Source: an uncultured delta proteobacterium
GTDB taxonomy: Bacteria > Desulfobacterota > Desulfobacteria > Desulfobacterales > Desulfatirhabdiaceae
Reading direction: 5' to 3'
Assembly: GCA_963789395.1 (NCBI GenBank)
Contig: CAWBKP010000024.1
Location: 64,001-128,000 of the forward strand
DNA length: 64,000 nucleotides
In this document: positions 63,774-64,000 of the stretch, piece by piece
Layout: every line of letters begins with the position of its first letter
Numbering within the stretch: the first letter of the stretch is position 1
The notes under the pieces: model-generated
The model's database searches: none
The model's input: the letters and a program-made list of their open reading frames with translations, nothing else
Told to the model about the DNA's origin: nothing
Position numbers and translations under genes: made by a program

Positions 63774-64000
63774 ACAAAACGTACACTGATAAGTCTCCGA
63801 TGACGCATCATGACAAACTGATCCTCTTTACCCGGTATCCGGAGCCCGGGACCACCAAGACGCGTCTGATAGCCGCACTCGGCGCCGACGGCGCCGCAGA
63901 ACTTCACAGGCAGATGGCGGAGCGGGCTGTTGGCGTGGCGCGCGAGTTGAGAGCAATGACCGGCGTTGCCGTTGAAATAAGGTATGACGGCGGCGATGAT
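63770..64000 (+). CDS. CofC-like/DUF2064 glycosyltransferase of the arsS-associated type (TIGR04282-like), 3'-truncated by the window edge
   Basis: LILFTRYPEPGTTKTRLIAALGADGAAELHRQM. Not in the ORF track because there is no stop in the window. Start is GTG 63770 or ATG 63800. Confidence 0.82.
   Translation, partial: MNKTYTDKSPMTHHDKLILFTRYPEPGTTKTRLIAALGADGAAELHRQMAERAVGVARELRAMTGVAVEIRYDGGDD

Noticed and set aside
1..64000. CRISPR array, tRNA/rRNA, transposase, integrase or prophage
   Set aside because: No regularly spaced repeats, tRNA T-arm signatures or mobile-element protein motifs were seen by eye. A weak ncRNA could have been missed.

Overview
This is a 64 kb piece of bacterial chromosome. 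Gene content and sequence style suggest an anaerobic Desulfobacterota (Desulfobacterales-like) organism; that is inference. The first ~30 kb is mostly housekeeping: a two-component pair, mtnA, ahbB, an RNase E/G family gene, purB, yajC-secD-secF, dprA-topA, a split purH, comEC, a nucleotide-sugar dehydrogenase, a CyuA/YhaM-like desulfidase and an Old Yellow Enzyme. The rest is more accessory. It holds a sigma54-driven amt without glnK, AI-2E and SulP transporters, an unannotated 34-aa Lys-rich microprotein, a rubredoxin-SH3-M48 lipoprotein-CHASE2 adenylate cyclase operon and a heterodimeric ABC exporter. An AT-richer block at 43.8-49.9 kb encodes a V4R-like/GAF/PAS hybrid kinase, a tandem-PilZ protein with an acyltransferase-like C-terminus and a divergent SAM methyltransferase; this is my best candidate for an undescribed small-molecule signalling system. 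After it come a large SNF2 helicase, msrBA and an arsenosugar-type cluster (arsS radical SAM, CMD-like protein, two glycosyltransferase-like genes, DUF547, TVP38, flavoprotein reductase) interrupted by clcA. Many genes, including secF, carry single-base indels that look like long-read errors. I recognised no rRNA, tRNA, CRISPR array or transposase. All family assignments come from motif recognition by eye, not database searches.
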